From Pseudoalteromonas translucida KMM 520 (GTDB lineage Bacteria; Pseudomonadota; Gammaproteobacteria; Enterobacterales; Alteromonadaceae), in assembly GCF_001465295.1 (NCBI RefSeq), contig NZ_CP011034.1, positions 1,770,001 through 1,802,000 on the forward strand: a stretch of 32,000 bases of DNA, given 5' to 3'. The notes under the pieces were generated by a model. It was not told the DNA's origin, did no database searches, and saw nothing but the letters and a program-made list of their open reading frames with translations. Both the position numbers and the translations under genes were made by a program. Of this stretch, positions 18,948 to 26,951 are shown piece by piece (position 1 is the first letter of the stretch; each line of letters begins with the position of its first letter).

Positions 18948-19494
18948 TTGTTTTTAAGTTTATTGCACCACTCAGCCATGCTGCTTTGAATGTCTATTTT
19001 GGCGCTTAAAACTATATTTACAAATACATCTACAGTTGCGCTTATATCATTTTTTTTAAAATGTAATAGCACCGGAATTTTCGTGTGTACGTCGTAAAGC
19101 TTTATAAAATGACATCCTCACTGTACAGCTCTCGAATACAGTGCTATTGCCACTACTAAACCCGCTGCAACACTTGCAGAGCGTTTTATAAGTGCGAACC
19201 AAAGCCACATAAAGGTTAAACACGCCTAACTCCAATGTGTAATTTAAGTGAACCGGATAAGTCGTTATAATCTCGTTTTACCTGTATTAAGCGCTGATAT
19301 TGTAATTTGAGATAAATATAAAGGTGCTTGGTGCTTACTACTGCCCTGCTATTTTATAAACTTAATACATTTGCAAAGATATTGCTTTTCCACAACAATG
19401 TATGATGTGTTCTTTACTGTATTTACTTATAAATAATTACAGTAATTGCAGAGGTAATATTTAGATTTCGACCGGTTATTATAGCATGTTAACT

Positions 19495-19995
19495 CTATAA
19501 TAATTTACACCAAAGTGAACTGTTATCACTATTTTGTACACTACACTTTGGCTTAAACCCTAGCTTTATTAGCAAAGCGTGTGAACGTTGGTTATGTGCA
19601 CTCACCTCTGCATATAAATGTTTTAATTGTAATGCAGGCATTACTGCCATAAAACCTAAAAGCACTTCTTGCATAATTCCTTGCTGCCAAAAATCTGGGT
19701 GTAGCTCAAAACCTATAAAAGCCGTTTGCGTGTCTGTATTAATTTTGTATAAACCACACGAGCCTAGTAATTGGCCATTGCTGTTATGCTCAATTGCTAG
19801 GCGCAATACTTCCCCTTCGAAATAGCCGCTAATATCGTTTTGTATTAATTGCTTTACCTGTTGCTGGCTAAGCGGTGTTTGGTAATCGTTATATTGAGAC
19901 ACTAATGGGTGGTTTAAAATACCAAACAAAGCTGCGCCATGTTTGTGAGTTATTAAACGTAAGGTAACCCGCGGCAGTGTTATTGTTTTAAACAT
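19495..19995 (-). CDS. GNAT family N-acetyltransferase (RimJ/RimL-like)
   Basis: 166 aa. Acetyl-CoA-binding-type segment WQQGIMQEVL and the fold pattern of RimJ-like GNATs. Confidence 0.75.
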   Translation of the reverse strand: MFKTITLPRVTLRLITHKHGAALFGILNHPLVSQYNDYQTPLSQQQVKQLIQNDISGYFEGEVLRLAIEHNSNGQLLGSCGLYKINTDTQTAFIGFELHPDFWQQGIMQEVLLGFMAVMPALQLKHLYAEVSAHNQRSHALLIKLGFKPKCSVQNSDNSSLWCKLL

Positions 19996-20145
19996 ACAAT
20001 TACCAAAATTATAAGATGTTAGCTACCTACTACTTAAATTCAATATTTGTAAAAATAGGTATTAAGCAATAAATAGCACTTTATATAACAGTATTATTAA
20101 CTTACCATACTGCGTTAACAAGCAATATATTGAGAGTAATTAGCC

Positions 20146-20349
20146 ATGAGTGACGATTTTAAAGTAATACAGCCCACTACCACGGTTTATTGCCCTAAGC
20201 GCGGCGAAGGTTGGACCCTAACCGGGATTACTAATATTAACGAGTTCACCTCTGTGATGTTTGACGGCACGCGCTACACCCTTCCCGCTCGCGAAATTAT
20301 AGAGCAGTTATTGCCAAACCAATTAGCAAGAGAGCAGCAAAATAAGTAA
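20146..20349 (+). CDS. Hypothetical small protein (67 aa)
   Basis: ATG with a GAGAG purine tract upstream, followed by a perfect 15-bp-stem terminator. I do not recognise a family. Confidence 0.5.
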   Translation: MSDDFKVIQPTTTVYCPKRGEGWTLTGITNINEFTSVMFDGTRYTLPAREIIEQLLPNQLAREQQNK

Positions 20350-20374
20350 CGATTTTTTTAGCTTACATAAATAA

Positions 20375-20409
20375 CCAAAAGGCTGCTTTTTATCAAAGCA
20401 GCCTTTTGG
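20375..20409. terminator. Bidirectional terminator shared by convergent small genes
   Basis: Perfect 15-bp arms CCAAAAGGCTGCTTT / AAAGCAGCCTTTTGG with a 5-nt loop. Confidence 0.85.
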
Positions 20410-20439
20410 TTTTAAATTAAACCTGCGAGATTATAAAAG

Positions 20440-20637
20440 TTAAAATGCATCATCTTCACTGTATACATTAACACCAAGATCAGCATCTGCGTCTTCAAAA
20501 ACTTTAAAAATAATTGGCTTACAACACACCTGGCAGTCTTCAATATACTGTTGGTCTAAATCTGCGACATCTAGTAAAACGTCAATTGTTTCGCCACAAT
20601 AAGGGCAGCCAATCGATTTTTCGGTTAATTGATTCAT
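20440..20637 (-). CDS. CPXCG motif-containing cysteine-rich protein
   Basis: 65 aa. CPYCG near the N-terminus plus CQVCC, and an acidic C-terminus. This is typical of the Cys_rich_CPXG family. Confidence 0.75.
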   Translation of the reverse strand: MNQLTEKSIGCPYCGETIDVLLDVADLDQQYIEDCQVCCKPIIFKVFEDADADLGVNVYSEDDAF

Positions 20638-20895
20638 TTACACACCAACCATTATAAATAATGTTATTTTAGTTAAAATGCAGCTATTAAACAACATATC
20701 CTAAGTATTACACTGAGCTAATTTTTATAGCATTTACGCGAGTAAATATTATCGATTAAGCCCAAGCTACTGGTTTCTTTTAATGCGCTTAATTAAGGCT
20801 ATAAACTCTAACTTGAGAGTTAGATAAACAAACTAGAACCTGTAGAATGAACAAATACTTGTTTGCTATAATAAAAAACAATACAGCTTATTAAT

Positions 20896-20928
20896 TGAGC
20901 GTGCTCACAATAAAAATGAGCGCGCTCA
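20896..20928. promoter_or_regulatory. Twin 12-bp palindromes TGAGCGTGCTCA and TGAGCGCGCTCA (candidate operators)
   Basis: The second palindrome is perfect and the first has one mismatch. Their centres are 21 bp apart. They sit in the CPXCG/tetR divergent spacer, about 190 bp upstream of tetR. Confidence 0.4.
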
Positions 20929-21120
20929 GTTACTATTAGCTAAACTTAGTAAATAGCTAAGTCTAGTCAATAAGTAAACCATTAACTCACAAGCTTATAA
21001 CTTGGTATTCAATTGTTTTTAATGCAGTTTTATAGAGAGTACAATACAGTTGTACAGCCGCTTACCTTGTACGAATAGACATTACTTAATAAAAATAGTA
21101 GAGAGCAATACACAAATATA

Positions 21121-21642
21121 ATGGATAAAAAACAGAGAACACGTAATAAAATTTTAGCATCTGCTTGGGAGTTATTTTTATTACAAGGTTACGAGCATAC
21201 CTCAACCCGAGAAATTGCAACTGCTGCTGGTGTAGCTGTGGGCACTGTATTTAGTCATTTCGATAATAAAATAGACTTATTAATTGCCGGAATGCAGCAA
21301 CAAATTACCGCTATAATTAATCAAGCTCGCGCATCCGACAAACAACACTCTCCTAGATTAAAGCTGCGTCATTATGCACATCCCCTGTATTATTTTTATT
21401 GTGAAAACAGTGAATTTAGTAAAATACTTATCAGTAATGTTATTTGGCAAGCAACTTTTTTTAGTGAGCAAGTAAGCCAATTTAAACAGTTATTATTTCA
21501 GCAGCAAACTCAAATTGATGACGTAAAAGCAAGCGTAATGATTGACTGCTACTTTATGACTTTAATTAGCGGGTTAAACGAGCAATCTCCCAATGCCGAT
21601 GCTATGTTAAGGCAACTTACCCAAAAAATAGCCTTGCTATAA
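21121..21642 (+). CDS. TetR/AcrR family transcriptional regulator
   Basis: 173 aa. N-terminal HTH: TSTREIATAAGVAVGTVFSHFDNK. Confidence 0.85.
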   Translation: MDKKQRTRNKILASAWELFLLQGYEHTSTREIATAAGVAVGTVFSHFDNKIDLLIAGMQQQITAIINQARASDKQHSPRLKLRHYAHPLYYFYCENSEFSKILISNVIWQATFFSEQVSQFKQLLFQQQTQIDDVKASVMIDCYFMTLISGLNEQSPNADAMLRQLTQKIALL

Positions 21643-21970
21643 ACAGGGCACTCTATAATTACTGATAACTAATACTGATCATCGCTATGCGGTGAGCCCC
21701 CGCCCTTTCTTTATGATAAAGAAAATATAAAGCCTAACGCTATTGCTAAAACTATACTTAGCCACAATTAAGCATGATGTGTTCTTTTTGGTTCGTAACT
21801 TTGTTCATTAAAGCTAATAGCGTTAGGTATAAATAAAGTAAGCTCTGAATAAAACACAGTAATAAGTAATAAAATTTAACTCTGTGTGGTGCTTAACACT
21901 AGTCATTACTTATTAAACTCTTATTCTGCACTTTAATAAGTACAGGTAATATTATATACACTCAAACAAC

Positions 21971-21990
21971 AACTGTATATAAATACAGTT
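21971..21990. promoter_or_regulatory. LexA (SOS) box AACTGTATATAAATACAGTT
   Basis: CTGT-N8-ACAG with an AT-only spacer. Matches the E. coli-type consensus TACTGTATATATATACAGTA at 17/20 positions. It is part of a 9-4-9 perfect palindrome (21970..21991). Confidence 0.6.
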
Positions 21991-22281
21991 GAAGCGATTT
22001 ATGGTAAATATCTCACTTCACCGGCTTTTTAAATACATACCTCCACCAGCGGTATTGGCAGTTAACATTTTATAAGCTTGTGTACTAAGAACCTACCCGC
22101 TATGTCTTTGCTAATGCCTAGTTGTAATCCACCAGCATATGCTTGTTAGTCTCAAAAGTAGGTTTTATTAAAGTGGCCTCATTCACTAAAGCGCGTTGCG
22201 GCTTACAAATAAAAATGAAATACCTTTTACTAATAGCGGGTCTAGTAACTATACCAATATATTTATACATTCATCAAACAG

Positions 22282-22893
22282 ATGCGAGATTTTATGAAAA
22301 GAATATTAGCCTTAGCGTTAACATCATCCGTTATATTTTATGCATCGCTCGCCCATGCAAACAAAACCGAAAAAGCCATTTTAGCCGGAGGTTGCTTTTG
22401 GTGTATGGAAAGCGATTTTGAAAAGCTAGAAGGTGTAACCGATGTAATATCGGGTTTTACGGGAGGTAAACTTAAAAACCCAACTTATAACGGTAATCAT
22501 CGTGGTCATTATGAAGCTGTAGAAATTACTTACGATCCTGCAATAGTTAGCTATAAAGCTATACTTGACCATTACTGGGTAAACATTGATCCCTTTGATG
22601 CTAAAGGCCAATTTTGCGATAAAGGGCCAAGTTACCTAAGCGCTATTTTTGTAGCTAACGAGCAAGAGCGCAAATTAGCAGAGCAATCTAAACAAACAGT
22701 GATCGAACAGTTCCCAAATAAAGCCGTGGTTACCCCTATACTAAACACAAGTACCTTTTACCCAATTAAAGGCGATGAAAGTTACCATCAAGATTATTAT
22801 AAAAAAAATCCTATTCGCTACAATACCTATCGCTGGCGTTGTGGGCGCGACAGCCGCCTAGAAGATATTTGGGGCGATAAAGCGGGCCATTAA
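22282..22893 (+). CDS. msrA: Peptide-methionine (S)-S-oxide reductase with N-terminal signal peptide
   Basis: 203 aa. Catalytic GGCFWCME motif. Signal-like N-terminus MKRILALALTSSVIFYASLAHA. The start could instead be ATG at 22294. Confidence 0.9.
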   Translation: MRDFMKRILALALTSSVIFYASLAHANKTEKAILAGGCFWCMESDFEKLEGVTDVISGFTGGKLKNPTYNGNHRGHYEAVEITYDPAIVSYKAILDHYWVNIDPFDAKGQFCDKGPSYLSAIFVANEQERKLAEQSKQTVIEQFPNKAVVTPILNTSTFYPIKGDESYHQDYYKKNPIRYNTYRWRCGRDSRLEDIWGDKAGH

Positions 22894-22931
22894 AGTACCG
22901 ACAAAATACCTTACTTAATACTAGATTAACT

Positions 22932-22960
22932 AACAGGCTGCTTATATTAACCAGCCTGTT
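22932..22960. terminator. Bidirectional terminator between msrA and the TonB-dependent receptor gene
   Basis: AACAGGCTG / CAGCCTGTT arms with an 11-nt loop. Confidence 0.6.
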
Positions 22961-22987
22961 ATACGTTTTTAAAATACGTGTAAGGTA

Positions 22988-25099
22988 TTAAAACTTAAAC
23001 GAGGCAGCAAATCTAACGCTACGAGGCGTGCCAGGTTGCACCCAAGCGTCTGAAAATGAGCTGGTATAATAAGTTTCATTAAATAAGTTATCTAGCTCCC
23101 CTGTTAGCGTTATTGAGTCTGATACTGCGTAACGCATAAATGCCCGAGCAGTTATATAACTTGGTAGTGTAAAGTCGGTACCAAAAAAGCCATTTCGATC
23201 ACCCACATAAAGTAAACCACCCCCCAATTTTAGCGCTTTTCCATTCACTTCTGTCGATTTTACCAACTGTAAACTCAATTGATGCTGAGGAATGTTTAAC
23301 AACGAGCTGCCAGCAGCTATATTTAGGCCAAAGTTACTATCGTAAAATGAATTTTTGGTTATTGCATCAACATAAGCATAAGACGCCCACAGATTTAAGT
23401 TATTCGTTAGTTGGCCATTTATATCAATTTCAAACCCTTTACTTTGCGCTTCGCCAATAGCGGCACTGGTAAATGCTGTTGGATCGTCTACCACCAACAT
23501 ATTTTGTTGCTCAACTTTAAATAAGGCTAACGTGCCCACCAGCGCACCGTTATTTAAACTAACCTTAACGCCAACTTCCTTTGAAGTTGTTTGGTTTGGC
23601 TTAAAGCCGTTTCCCTGTACGTCGGTACCCGAAAGCGGACGAAAGTTTTCGCCATAAGCCGCATAAGCAGATATAAAGTCAGTCACCGCATACACAGCGC
23701 CTAATTGCGGACTAATACGCGACTCTGTTTGTTTATACCCTGTATTAGTTAAACGATTATTAAGTGCTTGCTTAAAATCGTCTAAACGCGCGCCAAGGCG
23801 TATATCTAGCTTATTGGTTAAACTTATTTGATCTTGAATAAATACGCCCAATGATTGCTGAATTTCAACACGATCAGTATGAGTAGTGGGTGTAGGTAGC
23901 GCATAAGCACCATACTCTGGGTTATACACATTAATATATTGATCGCCCATAACCTGAAGTAAAAACTGATTGTTTTCAAATTTATCGGTATCTGCCCCTA
24001 CAGTTAAACGATGCTCAAACCCTGCAAAATTAATATCGCCAGTAACTTCGCCGCGTAAAACCCTATAGTTTGCGCTGTAATCTCGATAACGCCTAAAACG
24101 ATTAACCTCATCATTCACTACACCTGCAAAACCAGTTTCAGTGGCAAAACCGGTTAACTTGGTATCACGGTAATTAGCACCAATTAATACACTCCAGTCG
24201 TCATTAATATCATGCTTAAACTCAAGCTGATGGCCAACTACTTGTGCTGTAATAGGGCCATCACCCGGTTCACCTAAAAATCGGTTTGCAGGAATAACCC
24301 CAAGCTCACCGTTTATTACTAGTACCCCTCTATCAAAAGGGATTGTTTGCTTACTGTATTCAAGTTCGTAAATCAGTTCACTGTTGTCGTTAATATACCA
24401 AGCTACTGATGGGCTAACGCCTTGTTTGGTTTTTTTAATGGTGTCTCTAAAGCTATTTGAATCTTCATAAAAACCGATCAGTCTAATTGCAACATCATCA
24501 GAAACCCCAGTAGTGTAATCTATATCAGCCCTATAGGTATCCTCACTTGCAACAGCAAGTTTTAGTTCGCCTGCAGTATCAAATGTTGGCTGTTTAGTTA
24601 TTAAATTAACTACCCCGCCAGGTTCTCCCCGGCCAAATAACGCAGCACGCGGCCCTTTTAGTACCTCAACCGAGGCAATACTCGACAGATCTCGCGTACC
24701 ACCCAAGCCCCAGCCTATATTAAAGCCATTAACTAAGTAGTTACTCGATAGGTTTTCATCTCCTGTAAAACCACGCAAAGCAAAACTATTTAACAAGCCA
24801 CCAAAATTATTTTGCCTAGCAACCGAAGCCGATAAATCCAATGCTTGGTTTAAATCCCATGCGCCAGCATTTTCAAGCGTTGCTAAATCGATTATTTGTT
24901 CAGCTTGCGGTGTTTCTAACGGCGTAAAGTTACTGCTATATACATGGCGCGAGCCTATCACTGCAACCCTCTCTATAGCCGTATTAGCCTGATGAAGTAG
25001 CGGTGGCTGCTCAAGGGCTGAGCTTGTTTGGCTGATAAATAAGAAAACTAAACAAGCAGATAAATAAGTAAGCTTACGCTCTTTAAAATTGGTGTTCAT
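22988..25099 (-). CDS. TonB-dependent (siderophore-type) outer-membrane receptor
   Basis: 703 aa with a signal peptide. Plug-domain motifs (VEVLKGPRAALFGRGEPGGVVN), a beta-barrel, and a C-terminal aromatic residue (..SFKF). Confidence 0.9.
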   Translation of the reverse strand: MNTNFKERKLTYLSACLVFLFISQTSSALEQPPLLHQANTAIERVAVIGSRHVYSSNFTPLETPQAEQIIDLATLENAGAWDLNQALDLSASVARQNNFGGLLNSFALRGFTGDENLSSNYLVNGFNIGWGLGGTRDLSSIASVEVLKGPRAALFGRGEPGGVVNLITKQPTFDTAGELKLAVASEDTYRADIDYTTGVSDDVAIRLIGFYEDSNSFRDTIKKTKQGVSPSVAWYINDNSELIYELEYSKQTIPFDRGVLVINGELGVIPANRFLGEPGDGPITAQVVGHQLEFKHDINDDWSVLIGANYRDTKLTGFATETGFAGVVNDEVNRFRRYRDYSANYRVLRGEVTGDINFAGFEHRLTVGADTDKFENNQFLLQVMGDQYINVYNPEYGAYALPTPTTHTDRVEIQQSLGVFIQDQISLTNKLDIRLGARLDDFKQALNNRLTNTGYKQTESRISPQLGAVYAVTDFISAYAAYGENFRPLSGTDVQGNGFKPNQTTSKEVGVKVSLNNGALVGTLALFKVEQQNMLVVDDPTAFTSAAIGEAQSKGFEIDINGQLTNNLNLWASYAYVDAITKNSFYDSNFGLNIAAGSSLLNIPQHQLSLQLVKSTEVNGKALKLGGGLLYVGDRNGFFGTDFTLPSYITARAFMRYAVSDSITLTGELDNLFNETYYTSSFSDAWVQPGTPRSVRFAASFKF

Positions 25100-25513
25100 T
25101 GTTAACCTTGTTAATTACATAACTAAAATTGAATTGCAGCCTAAAGCAGTAACTATTGCTTATAGGCTGTTTGCAAAGCTGGGCATATGAGGTAATGCCG
25201 CTTTTGTTGGATTACATTCAAAGCATTGAAGTTTATAAAGTGCTGTAGCTTATAAACTGGCTGCGCAAATTTACGGCCATAGCCCTGTGGTTAGAATTAA
25301 TTAACTTACAAAATGACATGACTAGCGTGATCATCGCCAGCGGCATGTAATTAATACTAAATACCCAGGTACGTGCTCATATAAGTATTAGTGCAGTACA
25401 TATGATTTAAGGTGTAGCCGTTTAGGCTAAAAATAAATTTGGTGTGTTTCGTTAAGTATTGTTGCAAAGCGGCTTTATCTTAAAGGTAATACTGAGCGCC
25501 GTTTTCGATAAAA

Positions 25514-25545
25514 GATAAATAATTCAATAGATTGAATTATTTATC
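25514..25545. repeat. Perfect 15-2-15 palindrome GATAAATAATTCAAT-ag-ATTGAATTATTTATC
   Basis: Read directly from the sequence. On the minus strand it is followed by TTTTAT, so it may terminate transcription from the RAYT gene. It could alternatively be a protein-binding site. Confidence 0.6.
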
Positions 25546-25641
25546 GCCCTGCTGTTACCCACACTATAGTGATAAAGCAAAGCTGGCAGTCTTATACCAT
25601 AACCGGTGTTTATTGCAATGTTGGCATGAAATTATTTATTA

Positions 25642-25685
25642 AAAATGGGACAGGCATAAAGGTAAATAAAATGGGACAGGCACAT
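25642..25685 (-). repeat. Two tandem copies (26-bp spacing) of the dispersed motif, core GGGACAGGCA on the plus strand
   Basis: Cores at 25647..25656 and 25673..25682. Reverse complements are CTTTATGCCTGTCCCATTTT and TATGTGCCTGTCCCATTTTA. Confidence 0.7.
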
Positions 25686-25881
25686 ATTATCTTACTTATT
25701 TAATCTCAAAATTCGTCATCGTTATTTACTAATTCCCCCACACTTCTGCGCTCTATTAGTTTATATAATTTAAGTTATTAGTAGGAATGTATATTTAGTA
25801 GCTATATCAGGCAGGTAAAAGTTAGTTTACAAAGGTACTTTGTTAAAGTTGTTGTTTAAGTTATCGCTGAAGGTGTGGCAT

Positions 25882-26886
25882 TTATCCTGCACCTTTGTAC
25901 CATTTAACATCGTTATTCGCGGCTTGTTGCTTTAATCGCTGCTTACTCCCTGCAAAGTTTGAATATTTATGCCTAAATCGTTGAATCGATTCAAGCCATT
26001 GCGCTTCTTCTATATTCAAAGTAACGAGCACTGTAGGAATTGCTTTATTTATATATCCTTTTTTATTAGGAGAAATTTGACGACCACTCCAATCTACTAA
26101 TTCAAGGTAATCTAATAAAGCAAAAGGAATAGTGTGTTTTATGTTGTTAGCACCAAATGGCTTTAGTTGAGTTGGTTGGCTGTGATCTTGAATTCTATCT
26201 TTCTGTTTTAGAAGGTTATTTTTTTGAACCGTATTTTTAGTAAAAGTTTTCAATTGCGCTATACGCTCTTGAATTGAAGTGAAATCACTGTCTTCTAGCG
26301 TATCGGCTATGTTTGCTCTAATAGAGTTTAAATCAACATAGGCCATACAACTAAGTAATGCAGTTTCATCTAATAATGCTTGTGATTTATAGCGCCCTTC
26401 CCAGTACTTACCTGTGCAGCTATCTTCCTTATTAGCTTCACGGGCAATGTATTCATTTAGGTTTTTCATATACCAGCTTATGTCGTAAAGTCTTTCTCGC
26501 CATTTAGCTATAATTTCATTAACGTAAACTAAACTCGCATTATCTAACTGCTCGCCTTTTAAGTAACTATCCACCAAAGCGTGGCCATTATAAAGCCTAT
26601 ACCAGCGTTCAATTACTTCACTATCTTCCCAATCTAGTGCCTGCCTTCTATTAACCTTTACAACTAGATGATAGTGATTACTCATAATTGCGTAGGCTGC
26701 AATTTCTATGGCAAACACACTGCTTAATAACTTTATACGCTCGACTAGCCACTCTCTACGGTGATCAAAGTTTTTACCGGTGTATTTATCATCACCACAC
26801 AAAAAAGCTCGCCTAACGCACCTAGCTATTAAGTGATAATAAGATGTTGATACTAAATCAATGAGATTTTTCCTTGCGCGAGTCAT
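25882..26886 (-). CDS. IS200-like Y1/HUH transposase-fold protein (REP-associated tyrosine transposase-like)
   Basis: 334 aa. HUH motif SNH-Y-HLVV (H71/H73). GxYWEGRYKSQ followed by the Tyr motif AYVDLNSIRANI (Y183), which corresponds to YIxxNPVRAG of RAYT/IS200 transposases. Confidence 0.8.
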   Translation of the reverse strand: MTRARKNLIDLVSTSYYHLIARCVRRAFLCGDDKYTGKNFDHRREWLVERIKLLSSVFAIEIAAYAIMSNHYHLVVKVNRRQALDWEDSEVIERWYRLYNGHALVDSYLKGEQLDNASLVYVNEIIAKWRERLYDISWYMKNLNEYIAREANKEDSCTGKYWEGRYKSQALLDETALLSCMAYVDLNSIRANIADTLEDSDFTSIQERIAQLKTFTKNTVQKNNLLKQKDRIQDHSQPTQLKPFGANNIKHTIPFALLDYLELVDWSGRQISPNKKGYINKAIPTVLVTLNIEEAQWLESIQRFRHKYSNFAGSKQRLKQQAANNDVKWYKGAG

Positions 26887-26951
26887 AAAATACCAAAACC
26901 AATAACCACTGGATATAATAACAGTAGTAACTAATATGAGTTTTGCAAATA

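Noticed and set aside
19414-19445. TTACTGTA-N16-TACAGTAA inverted repeat with LexA-like half-sites.
   Set aside because: The CTGT..ACAG spacing is 18 nt, not 8. It therefore does not fit the LexA box geometry and is probably an AT-rich chance palindrome.
19402-19464. A shared 14-mer ATGATGTGTTCTTT occurs at 19402 and 21774. Each copy opens a 20-codon ORF starting MMCS (MMCSLLYLLINNYSNCRGNI and MMCSFWFVTLFIKANSVRYK). I considered these as a possible small-toxin family.
   Set aside because: A few 14-nt matches are expected by chance in 32 kb of AT-rich DNA. Similarity stops at the 14-mer. The hydrophobic stretches are too short for a TM helix, and neither ORF has a Shine-Dalgarno.
21706-21724. 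AT-rich 9-1-9 palindrome TTTCTTTAT-g-ATAAAGAAA downstream of tetR. A similar CTTTTAT-atg-ATAAAAG occurs at 26965..26981.
   Set aside because: It is low-complexity and AT-rich. The loop is too short for a stable hairpin, and there is no T-run. Chance occurrence is likely.
22143-22421. 92-aa TTG-start ORF (with an internal MKYLLLIAGLV.. start at 22215) overlapping the msrA start.
   Set aside because: It overlaps msrA by about 140 nt in another frame. msrA has a coherent signal peptide and active site. The overlapping ORF has no Shine-Dalgarno and no family resemblance.
25100-25545. Cobalamin or TPP riboswitch, or Fur box, upstream of the TonB-dependent receptor.
   Set aside because: I could not find the B12 box core, the TPP CTGAGA/ACCTGATCTGGATAATGCCAGCG elements, or a GATAATGATAATCATTATC-like 19-mer by eye. 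A covariance-model scan is needed before excluding them.
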